This document shows positions 48,286 to 57,594 of a stretch of 64,000 nucleotides of DNA, in pieces. Every line of letters starts with the position of its first letter. Position 1 is the first letter of the stretch. The position numbers were made by a program, and so were the translations under genes. This DNA comes from a virus. Under the pieces are notes generated by a model, which was given only the letters and a program-made list of their open reading frames with translations, was not told the DNA's origin and made no database searches. Where the stretch lies: positions 96,001 to 160,000 of the IMG/VR virus record IMGVR_UViG_3300047560_001714. One strand, written 5' to 3'.

Positions 48286-48915
48286 ATGGGCGGACACGCT
48301 ATTCCAAATACATCACCAATCAAAAAAGATGATTTCAATGCTATAATTGAACAATTATCAACGTATCTACCAAATGGACTACAAATTTTTCCATTTGGTA
48401 GTGCTGGTAAAAAAATAATAAGCAATGACCTAGATCTATTCATAGATAATCATCAACTAGAGAAAATATTCGACTGCGATAATCCTAAAAAACACCTACA
48501 ACAATATTTTATTAATCAAGGCCTAACATCGTCTAGGTCAGGTATTGCTGTACACGTTGGTATACCATTTGACAATACAACAATTCAAGTTGATTTAATT
48601 GCGGTTGATTATCCAATGATTATACAGCAATTACATGACCATACATATGACGATGATACCGTATCTGGAAAAACTATCATCAGTATGTGGTGTGATTTGG
48701 CTAGAATGTCATCTCCATCTTTATTATTCAGCCCATATACTGGATTGTTTATTAGAGATACCAGAGAATTTATCACAGCTGATAAAAACACGATCGCAAA
48801 ATTTATTATTGGCCAACACGCCTCTGGTGATGATTTACGCTCGCCCTCACGAATACTAAAAGCAGTTAAAAACCAAGACGCAATTAGTGAACTAACAAAT
48901 AAGTATAATCTATGA
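48286..48915 (+). CDS. Pol-beta-superfamily nucleotidyltransferase-like protein
   Basis: FGSAGKK..SNDLDL and a third Asp in IQVDL. Confidence 0.65.
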   Translation: MGGHAIPNTSPIKKDDFNAIIEQLSTYLPNGLQIFPFGSAGKKIISNDLDLFIDNHQLEKIFDCDNPKKHLQQYFINQGLTSSRSGIAVHVGIPFDNTTIQVDLIAVDYPMIIQQLHDHTYDDDTVSGKTIISMWCDLARMSSPSLLFSPYTGLFIRDTREFITADKNTIAKFIIGQHASGDDLRSPSRILKAVKNQDAISELTNKYNL

Positions 48916-49952
48916 AAAAACTTGGCAGAGTATTTAATCACGTAGAAGATTTAACCTTTTTCTACGGGTCGGCGGGTGCGCGTGAAGCACTACAACATTT
49001 AACTGAAATTTGTGAATCACCACACCAACTTAGAATGAAATGGGACGGTGGATGCCAAGTATATTGGGGCAGAGACGACAATAACAACTTTGTTATGGCT
49101 AGTCACAATAGTTGGGCCAGAGGAGTTGCCGCATATACCGCTGAAGATATGGAAACCTTTATTGCTGATAACAGTGGCACTAAATCAGAACAACGTGATG
49201 CGTTTGCAAAGCAATATTCGCAACTATTTGGCATTCTTGAACAAGTTACCCCATTGCAAAGTGGATTTTATTACGCAGATGTATTATTTTACGAAAAACA
49301 GCTGCAGAGTAACTCGTATGATCTATATCCAAACTCAAAAACTGGATATCATATCAAAAAAAACACAACTATTGGGCAAATAATACCAGAATTGCAAGCA
49401 TTGATGGTGTGTCATGGGTTTTTTGACGAATTTGGCGAACCTGATTCAGCACAACAGCCTATAAGTTTTGAATATTCAAAACCACCAATTGTTATTTTAC
49501 CAGCCTATTACAACAAAACAGTACCATTTGTTAATTTTCATGCACTCGACCATCTTATTAATATCAGTGATAAGGTAATTGATGAATTTCTGCAACCAAT
49601 TGCTGGTGTAAGTGCATTTAAAGATTATTTGTATCAATATTCAAACTATAAAGCAAAAAGATATGAACTTGATACCCTTGGTCAAGATTTTGAACAATGG
49701 GTTTCAACAAGTAAACTTAGTTCTAACCAAAAATCTAAGATATTGGCTAGAAACTCTGAAACCAATGGTGCATCTATACTATTCAATGTTGTAAATCAGA
49801 TACGAATGTTAAAAAATACAATAATTGACCAGTTAGAAACCACAATTGGTGATATTAAAGTAACTAATCCAGAAGGATGGGTTAGATATGCAGACACCAC
49901 TAAACAATTTGGAAATATTAAACTAGTACCGAGGCACACATGGCAACCATAG
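48912..49952 (+). CDS. DUF6267-like protein with ligase-type KxDG motif
   Basis: HVEDL...MKWDG...PEGWV...IKLV. Confidence 0.6.
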   Translation: MKKLGRVFNHVEDLTFFYGSAGAREALQHLTEICESPHQLRMKWDGGCQVYWGRDDNNNFVMASHNSWARGVAAYTAEDMETFIADNSGTKSEQRDAFAKQYSQLFGILEQVTPLQSGFYYADVLFYEKQLQSNSYDLYPNSKTGYHIKKNTTIGQIIPELQALMVCHGFFDEFGEPDSAQQPISFEYSKPPIVILPAYYNKTVPFVNFHALDHLINISDKVIDEFLQPIAGVSAFKDYLYQYSNYKAKRYELDTLGQDFEQWVSTSKLSSNQKSKILARNSETNGASILFNVVNQIRMLKNTIIDQLETTIGDIKVTNPEGWVRYADTTKQFGNIKLVPRHTWQP

Positions 49953-50482
49953 GAATTAATTTTGGCAGATTTAACCCACCACACATTGGTCACATTAAAA
50001 TGTGGGAATCTTTAATAAATGATAACGATTTTGCATATATTGGACATAACCCAAACACAGTAAACAGTGATAACCCATTACCAGCAGATGAAAAAGAAAC
50101 AGTAATTAAGACATTATGTCCAATAATTAAACAACTTTACCAATCTAGTACGTTATTGACATTAGCATCACAAGCATATAGCGATACGAAGTTACTTAAC
50201 GAACCATTGGAACTAAATGTGTATTCAGATGAAGACTGGTTGATTACTGCTATTAGGTTATACAACAATAATGAAAATATGCATGGATATTTTAAATTTG
50301 ACACTATCAATCAAGTTAAAACTGAACGAATTACGTCATCGACCGCTGTTAAGGAAGCAGTAACTAATGATGATAGAGAAGCATTTACATTCGCATCAGG
50401 ATTTGATGCAGATACGCTAATTCAGATAAATACCAAAGGCATTAAGTTCTTTGACCTAGTGAGAGAACATATGAAAACTTAG
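49940..50482 (+). CDS. HIGH-class nucleotidyltransferase (cytidylyl/adenylyltransferase-like)
   Basis: FGRFNPPHIGH, NPL, TSSTAVK. Confidence 0.85.
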   Translation: MATIGINFGRFNPPHIGHIKMWESLINDNDFAYIGHNPNTVNSDNPLPADEKETVIKTLCPIIKQLYQSSTLLTLASQAYSDTKLLNEPLELNVYSDEDWLITAIRLYNNNENMHGYFKFDTINQVKTERITSSTAVKEAVTNDDREAFTFASGFDADTLIQINTKGIKFFDLVREHMKT

Positions 50483-50490
50483 GATATTTA

Positions 50491-51168
50491 ATGAAGTTAC
50501 GTGAATTATTTAACAATGAAGTACTTGACGAGATGTCAATGCTCATTGGACCAGTGTCTGATTCAAAGTTGTATGACCCAGTATCAAATCATACAATTTA
50601 TAAAACATATAAATCAAAAGCAGACATTATTGGTAAACTCAATAATAATATTACATTATACTATTGCACACGCGGTGGCCGCAATGCATACATGGCTGTT
50701 TATAGTGAAGGGAAACCTAACGATGAACAAATAGCTTATTTAATGGAATATTCCCGCGATACAAACCCACCTATTGGTCCACACGCCGTACAAAAATGGT
50801 TGTGGACCAATCCTAAATATCGTAATCTAATCGGTGATCTACCTACCAAGATATTCTTTGAATTAATTGACGATTATCATACCGTTACCGCCGATTTAGA
50901 ACAAACCCCCGCTGGCCGTGATTTTTGGATGCGCAAAATAAAGCAAGCATTTGGTCGTGGATTAAATGTGTATTACGTCGATTTTGAAAAAAATGATTTA
51001 ATACAATTGCGAACCCCTGCTGACATGAACCGAATAAACTTTACGCATGGCGTATGGACCCCAGCTGAATCATCTCTCGATAAAGTTTTTGCAATCTCAA
51101 CTAAAAAACTCACTAAACCAAAGTTCGCACCAACTAAACCAGCAAACCCGTTAGGAATAAAATTATGA
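50491..51168 (+). CDS. hypothetical protein, CTS-like N-terminus, possible GNAT-like fold
   Basis: MKLRELFNNE; PKYR...DLEQTPAGRDFW. Confidence 0.65.
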   Translation: MKLRELFNNEVLDEMSMLIGPVSDSKLYDPVSNHTIYKTYKSKADIIGKLNNNITLYYCTRGGRNAYMAVYSEGKPNDEQIAYLMEYSRDTNPPIGPHAVQKWLWTNPKYRNLIGDLPTKIFFELIDDYHTVTADLEQTPAGRDFWMRKIKQAFGRGLNVYYVDFEKNDLIQLRTPADMNRINFTHGVWTPAESSLDKVFAISTKKLTKPKFAPTKPANPLGIKL

Positions 51169-51962
51169 GAGCAAGAGAATTTATATTCGAAGCAGCAATC
51201 CATGATGCTCCACCAAATGCCGTTAGTCAAGAAGAAAAACACCGATTGGCACCAAATGGACAACCAAGTAACTTGAACCCAGTTCAATATGTTCAAGTTA
51301 GAACACCTGCCTTCAAATCATGGTTCGGTAACTGGGAATCGAGTAAAACATGCAGTAAAATCCTAGATGAAAATGGTGAACCACAGGTAATGTATCACGG
51401 AACATCAGCTGATATTGCCGAATTCTCAAGTGAGTTTCTTGGTACAGGAGTGGATCAATATGGCTCTGGTTTTTATTTTACTAGTGCAAAACACACAGCA
51501 TCTGGATATGCAAATGAAACTGGTGCAGTATACCCCACTTTTTTAAATGTTAGAAAACCATTACTGAATACAAAACTTGGTAGATTATCATACACACAAA
51601 TTCAAAGTATTATAATGCTTTCACCAGATTTAGATGATTCACTTGCCAATTACGGTGATGTAAAGTATGAAGGCAAACATAAAGTAATGCGTGAAGCAAT
51701 CATGGCGCATTTTGAATATCAAGATGGATCGACCACTATATTAGAAACATTACACGCATTAGGCAATGACTTTTTCAAAAATAGTGCCAGTGCGTTTTTA
51801 CAAGCAATCAAACAAGTATTAAAATATGACGGGGTTATGGTCAAATTCGACAATGAAATATTTGTGGTTGCATTTGAATCAAATCAAATTAAATCTGCAA
51901 TTGGTAACACTGGTGGATTTAAACGCAAGGTAAATACCATGACCAGCGAGGAATCACAATGA
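51165..51962 (+). CDS. ADP-ribosyltransferase-like (ART-PolyVal type) protein, CTS-like N-terminus
   Basis: MRAREFIFE; VRTPAFKSWFG...GEPQVMYHGT...GFYFT...YA...VYPTFL...DGV...FESNQIKSAIGN. Confidence 0.75.
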   Translation: MRAREFIFEAAIHDAPPNAVSQEEKHRLAPNGQPSNLNPVQYVQVRTPAFKSWFGNWESSKTCSKILDENGEPQVMYHGTSADIAEFSSEFLGTGVDQYGSGFYFTSAKHTASGYANETGAVYPTFLNVRKPLLNTKLGRLSYTQIQSIIMLSPDLDDSLANYGDVKYEGKHKVMREAIMAHFEYQDGSTTILETLHALGNDFFKNSASAFLQAIKQVLKYDGVMVKFDNEIFVVAFESNQIKSAIGNTGGFKRKVNTMTSEESQ

Positions 51963-53584
51963 GAGATATATTAAATAAACTTCAATCCATTGATGATATA
52001 GAAATGGACGAGGCCCCGCTTCCTCCAGAATGGGATAAAGAAGTTTTCAAACCTGATTGGAACAAAGGTGTAAAGACACCAAATCAAGTATACAAAGAAC
52101 GAATTAAGTATGCAGTAGAAAGAGCACAGAAACTAGGTAAAGGTTCATCGAGAACTGCGTTTGACATTGAATACGAAGGACGAGCAACCGTGCTTAAAGT
52201 CGCACATAATGCAAAAGGTATGGCGCAAAATGCCGCAGAAGCATCTGTGCTAAATGATGGATATATTGAGAGTATCGGAATTGTTATACCGCTAATTGAC
52301 TACGATGAAGAACACAACCCACCAGTATGGATACACACTGAAAAAGCAACCAAAGCAACACAGAAACAACTTTGCAGCATCATGAAATGCGGTACTCTTG
52401 AAAATTTGATTACGCTTGTTAAAATCAATGTTGGGGAACTTATGTATAGCTATACCCGAACACTAGATGAAATTCGCCAGCAATATAAATTATCAGACGA
52501 CGATGTTGAAACATTGGAAGAATATGTCAATCTGGTGTCAGATTTATCAACTGGTAAAAAAGATCTTTTACTAGCAGATTTTACATTACCTGGTAACTGG
52601 GGGTTATACAATGGTAATCCGGTTATTGTTGACGTTGGCTTTACCACTGGTGTACGCCAGGCGCATTACTTCCGTGAAAATAGAGATAATAAAATGAGAG
52701 ATATATTAGACAAATTAGAAAAAATTCAACTAACTGAAAGTATTCAATTAGATGAAAAATCAGTATCAAAGAACCAACAACAATTTATGGGTATGGTTCA
52801 CGCTGCACAAAAAGGTGAAAAACCTGCGAGTAAAGAAGTTGCAAAAGTCGCTAAATCAATGAAGAAAAAAGATGTAACAGACTTTGCAAAAACTAAACAC
52901 AAAGGTTTACCAACCAAAGTCGAAACAACAAAACACATTCCAGATGAAGATGAAATGGCTGATGAAGAATTGTCAATGTTTTCAAGACATAACGTTGGTA
53001 CACGTCGCGGTAGAGGGCAAGGGGATAACCCTTGGAATAAACTGCATAAACATGGGCGCGGTATGAAAGGTCGTACTAGAAAAGATGTAAAAGAGGAAGA
53101 CGTTTCAGAAGAATGCGCAGCTGTTGGTACTATTACTAAACAAAATACAACAAAAGATGTTAATAAAAAAACACCACAAAAAAACTTAGATGCATTCAAT
53201 TTAGAAGAAGCATTAATTGATATGTATAACTCTTTGATGGAAGGTGGTATTCATCGCTTGTCAAAAGAAGCACAGAATAGTATAAAAGGTGCGGTAACAA
53301 CACCAGACGCAAATAACAATGCCGGGGATGCATATAAATCATACCGGTTTGGATTAGCATTGGCTGGTGCGCCAGACTATCCAACAAAAGCAGTGAATGA
53401 TATTGGCGGTGATCCTTTGTTAACAACTTATACCGATGAAGAAATGAAAATGGTTCAATATGCTGGAAAACAAGTTGGGGTTGGACAAATCAAACGCCTT
53501 ACATCAAATAGAAGTAAAGAACGCGATGATACTAACACACAAAGTGCAATATCACCAGCAAAGAAAAATAAGTATGGTGTATAA
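51959..53584 (+). CDS. kinase-like domain fused to a DUF3008-like internal head protein
   Basis: LGKGSSRTAF, VLKVA, QNAAE, ADFTLPGNWG, VDVGF; then SKNQQQFMGMVHAAQKG...DFAKTKHKGLP; internal ATG at 52694 repeats the N-terminus. Confidence 0.7.
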   Translation: MRDILNKLQSIDDIEMDEAPLPPEWDKEVFKPDWNKGVKTPNQVYKERIKYAVERAQKLGKGSSRTAFDIEYEGRATVLKVAHNAKGMAQNAAEASVLNDGYIESIGIVIPLIDYDEEHNPPVWIHTEKATKATQKQLCSIMKCGTLENLITLVKINVGELMYSYTRTLDEIRQQYKLSDDDVETLEEYVNLVSDLSTGKKDLLLADFTLPGNWGLYNGNPVIVDVGFTTGVRQAHYFRENRDNKMRDILDKLEKIQLTESIQLDEKSVSKNQQQFMGMVHAAQKGEKPASKEVAKVAKSMKKKDVTDFAKTKHKGLPTKVETTKHIPDEDEMADEELSMFSRHNVGTRRGRGQGDNPWNKLHKHGRGMKGRTRKDVKEEDVSEECAAVGTITKQNTTKDVNKKTPQKNLDAFNLEEALIDMYNSLMEGGIHRLSKEAQNSIKGAVTTPDANNNAGDAYKSYRFGLALAGAPDYPTKAVNDIGGDPLLTTYTDEEMKMVQYAGKQVGVGQIKRLTSNRSKERDDTNTQSAISPAKKNKYGV

Positions 53585-53881
53585 ATGAGACAAATAAGAA
53601 TAACTACTGCTGACTTACTACCAGCCGAAGATAACGATTGCTATTTGTCACCAGATGATCCAATCCATGAACTTAAAAAAGCAAGTATGTTAGGTGGGTT
53701 AGGAAGTGCAGATGCATTGGCAAAATACGATAATTCAAGTTTACCAACTATTGTTGGTAATAACAATGCACAAATTATGCGTGAACAAAATATAAAACCA
53801 GGTACAGAAGAATGGTTTAAACTTTGGTTCTCGAAACCTAACTTAACTGGAAGTACAGATGAAAATAGCAGAAATTATTAA
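53585..53881 (+). CDS. hypothetical protein
   Basis: IKPGTEEWFKLWF. Confidence 0.65.
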   Translation: MRQIRITTADLLPAEDNDCYLSPDDPIHELKKASMLGGLGSADALAKYDNSSLPTIVGNNNAQIMREQNIKPGTEEWFKLWFSKPNLTGSTDENSRNY

Positions 53882-54047
53882 AGAAACCGCAACCACGGGT
53901 GCAACCTCATCATCTGATGTTAGCATCGGTAATGCAACTTACCCAAATAAAAAAGCCTCACGTAAAGGAAAAAACCCAGATGGTACAAAAAAGAATGCTA
54001 TTGATAGCAACGTTAACCTATTCACTGGGGAATGCCTTAAACGATGA
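53859..54047 (+). CDS. small protein, CTS-like N-terminus
   Basis: MKIAEIIKETATTGATSS. Confidence 0.65.
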   Translation: MKIAEIIKETATTGATSSSDVSIGNATYPNKKASRKGKNPDGTKKNAIDSNVNLFTGECLKR

Positions 54048-54072
54048 TAAATACTAGATACTGGAGTTAATT

Positions 54073-55149
54073 ATGACAACTAAACGAAATACCACTCAGT
54101 CATTATCTGAGTTTGCGCCACCTGCGGTGGTTGAACCACAAGCTGTATCAACACTACCTGATGGTGGAACTGATAAAGAGGGTGCAATGGCGAAAGCTGA
54201 TCTTTTTAAATTATCGAATTACAGTTATCGATTATTTAAAAAAATTGAAGACAACGATCAATTAGAATCTTGGGTTCAAGCAAAAATTACCAAAGCTGCT
54301 GATTATATTGCATCAGTGTACCACTACTTAGAATACGAAATGAAGTTTTCTGAATATGGTCACAAATTAGATAATAGCGATGTACTATCAGAAAATCAAA
54401 AAACTGAATTACGAAATAAATTAACTGAAGCACGTGCGTCAATTAAAGCTCTTAAATTAGCGCAAGCACAAAAAATGGATGAAGCAAAGAATCCAAAAAC
54501 TGACAAAGCTGATAAAGATTATGATGATGATGGTGAGATTGAATCTTCAAAAGATGAAGTAATCGGTAGTCGTCGTAAAGCGGCTGGACTTGATGAAACA
54601 GTTACCCCTGTTACGAAAACACCAAAGATTGCTGATAAAAAAGGCGGCAATACACCAGGTGCCCCTAAGAAAAAAGGCACAGGCGGCGATGAGTTTAAAA
54701 AAGCCCTTGAAAAAGAAATGAAAGAAGGTGCGGAAAAACCTAGTGCAGATCTTTCTAAAAAAGAAAAATCATCAGTTGCAAAAAAAGCACAAAAAGGTGG
54801 TGACATTGGTAAACCAGGTAAAAACTTTGATAAAGTAGCTAAAAAAGCTGGTGGTGGTGAAAAAGGTAAAAAAATTGCTGCCGCTGCAATGTGGAAAAAT
54901 ATCAAAGAAAGTGCTGAAATGGCGTTTGGTGAAGGCGTATATGAAACTGGTACCGATGAATGCATGATGTCAAAAGAAGCTAAGAAAGAACCAGCTATGA
55001 AACATAATGTAATTAGCAAAGGTAATTTTAAAAAATTAGAAAAATCAGGCAAAACACCATTTAAAATTGAAGATGCATCTGAGGAAAACGTTGAACAAAT
55101 CAATGAATCCACCGAACTTTCTACAATCAAAATGTTGAGTGGTTTATAA
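54073..55149 (+). CDS. putative internal head protein (K/E-rich)
   Basis: LESWVQAKITKAADY domain, many xxE sites, GATAAATAC upstream. Confidence 0.7.
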   Translation: MTTKRNTTQSLSEFAPPAVVEPQAVSTLPDGGTDKEGAMAKADLFKLSNYSYRLFKKIEDNDQLESWVQAKITKAADYIASVYHYLEYEMKFSEYGHKLDNSDVLSENQKTELRNKLTEARASIKALKLAQAQKMDEAKNPKTDKADKDYDDDGEIESSKDEVIGSRRKAAGLDETVTPVTKTPKIADKKGGNTPGAPKKKGTGGDEFKKALEKEMKEGAEKPSADLSKKEKSSVAKKAQKGGDIGKPGKNFDKVAKKAGGGEKGKKIAAAAMWKNIKESAEMAFGEGVYETGTDECMMSKEAKKEPAMKHNVISKGNFKKLEKSGKTPFKIEDASEENVEQINESTELSTIKMLSGL

Positions 55150-55150
55150 A

Positions 55151-55735
55151 ATGGATATGAAGAAAATTCTTCAAGCGTTATCAGAACCTTCTGTACCCAA
55201 AGAGGGTTCTGATTCTATGAAGAAATTTATTGGTATCATAAACGAGGGGGCATCACCCCATAAAGTTAGCTTACCAGTTCAAATGGCAATGAATCACTAT
55301 TCTACACCAGTTGAAAAACCAAAACCAGCCACTCTTTCATTATTTACAAAATACATAGCTGAAGCTGATGCGGCAATCGTCAAACAAAAGAATGATGAGT
55401 ATATTGCAAAACGTAACATAACAAATCAGTATGCAAAATATATCGCTGAACGCGTATTGATGAAAGATTCGATCCCTGGCCATTCCCCTGGATTTACTGG
55501 TGGGGTGGGACCTGGTATTCAACCAGCAATGGAGGAACACGATAATCCCAAAGATGTGGTTAGTATGGATATTCCATTGCTAATACGGTTGCTCGAATAC
55601 GCGCGGGAAGATGCCCAAACTGATATGGACCTGCATAATGTTACGGAAAAATTGATAGAATTAAGTGGCAATGGTGATGTTTTATCGATGCATGAATACG
55701 ATATAATTGTAAACAATGCTAACAAACGGAAATAA
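55151..55735 (+). CDS. putative internal head protein
   Basis: MDMKKILQAL; MDIPLLIRLLEYARED. Confidence 0.7.
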   Translation: MDMKKILQALSEPSVPKEGSDSMKKFIGIINEGASPHKVSLPVQMAMNHYSTPVEKPKPATLSLFTKYIAEADAAIVKQKNDEYIAKRNITNQYAKYIAERVLMKDSIPGHSPGFTGGVGPGIQPAMEEHDNPKDVVSMDIPLLIRLLEYAREDAQTDMDLHNVTEKLIELSGNGDVLSMHEYDIIVNNANKRK

Positions 55736-55736
55736 T

Positions 55737-57491
55737 ATGAAACAAAATAATATAAATGCCGCCGAGTATGCACAGCAAATGTCAATTTCATCGAATATGG
55801 CGAACGCATTGGTTGAGAGTTTTGGATATGAACCACAATTAGACGAACTTTCAATGCAAGATCTAGGTGATTTTGGGCGTGGTGCGCTAAGTGGTGCAAC
55901 CTTTGGATTTAATAAAAATATAGCGGCGGGTGCCAATAGTTTATTCAAAGGTACTAAGTATAAAGATGAACTTCAAAAACAAGTACAAGCTGACCGTGAA
56001 GCCGAAATGAGAAGTCCAAAAGCATACAATGCTGGCGACATCGCGGGGGCGGTAGCAATGCCAATTCCTGGCGCAACCGCATTAAAAGGTGCAATGGCAG
56101 CTGGAAAACTTGGAAAAACTGCAATGGCTGCATCAAACCTGGGTAAAGCTGCGACAATTGGTGGTAAAACAGCCGCTATAGGTGGAAAAGCGGCCTACCA
56201 AGGCATTGGCTCAATGACCGGTAAAGCTGCCTCGGATGCATTATCCGCACACACCCTAGGTGATACCGATAAAATTATGCAATTGCAACAAGAAATCGGG
56301 ACCACCCCGGATGGGAAATTTGGGCCTAAATCAAAAGCAAAATTAAAAGCATGGCAAGCGGCAAATAATTTACCAGTTACTGGTGTACCAGATGCAGCTA
56401 CAATGGACGTCCTTGGTCTTGCCGAGAGTATTGCTAGAATGGAAAAACGTCTTCAAGAAAGTTTTGCGGAAGGTCTTGGTGATAAAATTATTGGGTGGGG
56501 CGCAAAAGCTGCCAAAGATGCGTTTACTAAAGGTAGTTCTGGGTTTGGTAAAGCAAAACCATTCATTAGAAACGTCCCAAGTAACGCCTCAGTACCAGCA
56601 ACATCATCAAAAGCCGGTGAATTCATTCCAAAATCAAATTTACCTGCGACAGCAGCCCAAGCTGCTGAAAAAGACGCAATTGATTCAACCGCTACTGGTT
56701 TTAATGTCGCAAAATCATCAAAAGATGGTGAATTCATTCCAAAATCAAACTTACCTGCGAAAGCAGCCCAAGCGGGTGAAAAGGATGCAATTGATTCAAC
56801 CGCTACTGGGTTTAACGTAGCAAAAACACCGCCAACCACTGGCGAATATATACCAAGTATGAAAGTCGGTGGAAAAACCGCAAATGTTGATAAAAATATC
56901 GCGGATGGTTCATTTAGAGAAATTGAACAAAAAGCATTGGGTGATAATAGATTATCATCTGCTGATAAAGTATCAATTAATAAGAACGGTATTAAAGATT
57001 GGATTACTAAAAACCCTAAAAAAGCAAGTATGCTAGGATATCTAGGGTTAATCGCGGCGTCAAATCTTGGCGATAATGACACCCCGCCCGGTATGCCTGG
57101 AATGGCTAAATCGGCACCAGGAATGCCCGGAATGGCTAAATCGGCACCAGGAATGCCCGGAATAGCTAAATCGGAACCAACCGCTCCTGTCTCACCAAAA
57201 GTTGACGACTTAGGCGGACCATCTGATATGGATAAAGTGTTTCCAAAAACTGTAAAAGCTAATCCAAAATCAGCACAACCACATATTAGAAGTAAACCAC
57301 ACGCACCCACACCACCAACTGGTGATCCACAAATAAAACAATGGCAACGGTTATTGAATGCGAACGGTGCCAACTTAAAAGTCGATGGGAAATATAGTCC
57401 AGAGATGCAATCAGCATACGAGAAAATATTCCCACAATATCAACGCGAATCAAAAGAGCTAGAACGAATAGTTCAATTATCACGCAGATAA
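55737..57491 (+). CDS. Ala/Gly-rich protein with two peptidoglycan-binding-like domains and internal repeats
   Basis: LQQEIG..PDGKFGP....WQ....L..TG..D..T; WQRLLNANGANLKVDG. Confidence 0.75.
   Translation: MKQNNINAAEYAQQMSISSNMANALVESFGYEPQLDELSMQDLGDFGRGALSGATFGFNKNIAAGANSLFKGTKYKDELQKQVQADREAEMRSPKAYNAGDIAGAVAMPIPGATALKGAMAAGKLGKTAMAASNLGKAATIGGKTAAIGGKAAYQGIGSMTGKAASDALSAHTLGDTDKIMQLQQEIGTTPDGKFGPKSKAKLKAWQAANNLPVTGVPDAATMDVLGLAESIARMEKRLQESFAEGLGDKIIGWGAKAAKDAFTKGSSGFGKAKPFIRNVPSNASVPATSSKAGEFIPKSNLPATAAQAAEKDAIDSTATGFNVAKSSKDGEFIPKSNLPAKAAQAGEKDAIDSTATGFNVAKTPPTTGEYIPSMKVGGKTANVDKNIADGSFREIEQKALGDNRLSSADKVSINKNGIKDWITKNPKKASMLGYLGLIAASNLGDNDTPPGMPGMAKSAPGMPGMAKSAPGMPGIAKSEPTAPVSPKVDDLGGPSDMDKVFPKTVKANPKSAQPHIRSKPHAPTPPTGDPQIKQWQRLLNANGANLKVDGKYSPEMQSAYEKIFPQYQRESKELERIVQLSRR
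56616..56855 (+). repeat. 111-bp (37-aa) tandem repeat, 2 copies plus a partial
   Basis: GEFIPKSNLPA..AQA.EKDAIDSTATGFNVAK twice. Confidence 0.92.
57087..57176 (+). repeat. 30-bp (10-aa) tandem repeat x3
   Basis: PGMPG(M/I)AKS(A/E). Confidence 0.92.
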
Positions 57492-57494
57492 TAC

Positions 57495-57518
57495 AATGGG
57501 GTCTATGACCCCATTTTT
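57495..57518 (+). terminator. intrinsic terminator
   Basis: aatggggtc-tat-gaccccattttt. Confidence 0.85.
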
Positions 57519-57532
57519 AATTCAAAAATAGC

Positions 57533-57560
57533 TTGACATCTAACAAATTTTTGATATAAT
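57533..57560 (+). promoter_or_regulatory. sigma70-type promoter
   Basis: TTGACA-16 bp-TATAAT with extended TG. Confidence 0.8.
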
Positions 57561-57594
57561 ATACACTCTTTCAACGAACCACTAAAGGAAACAC

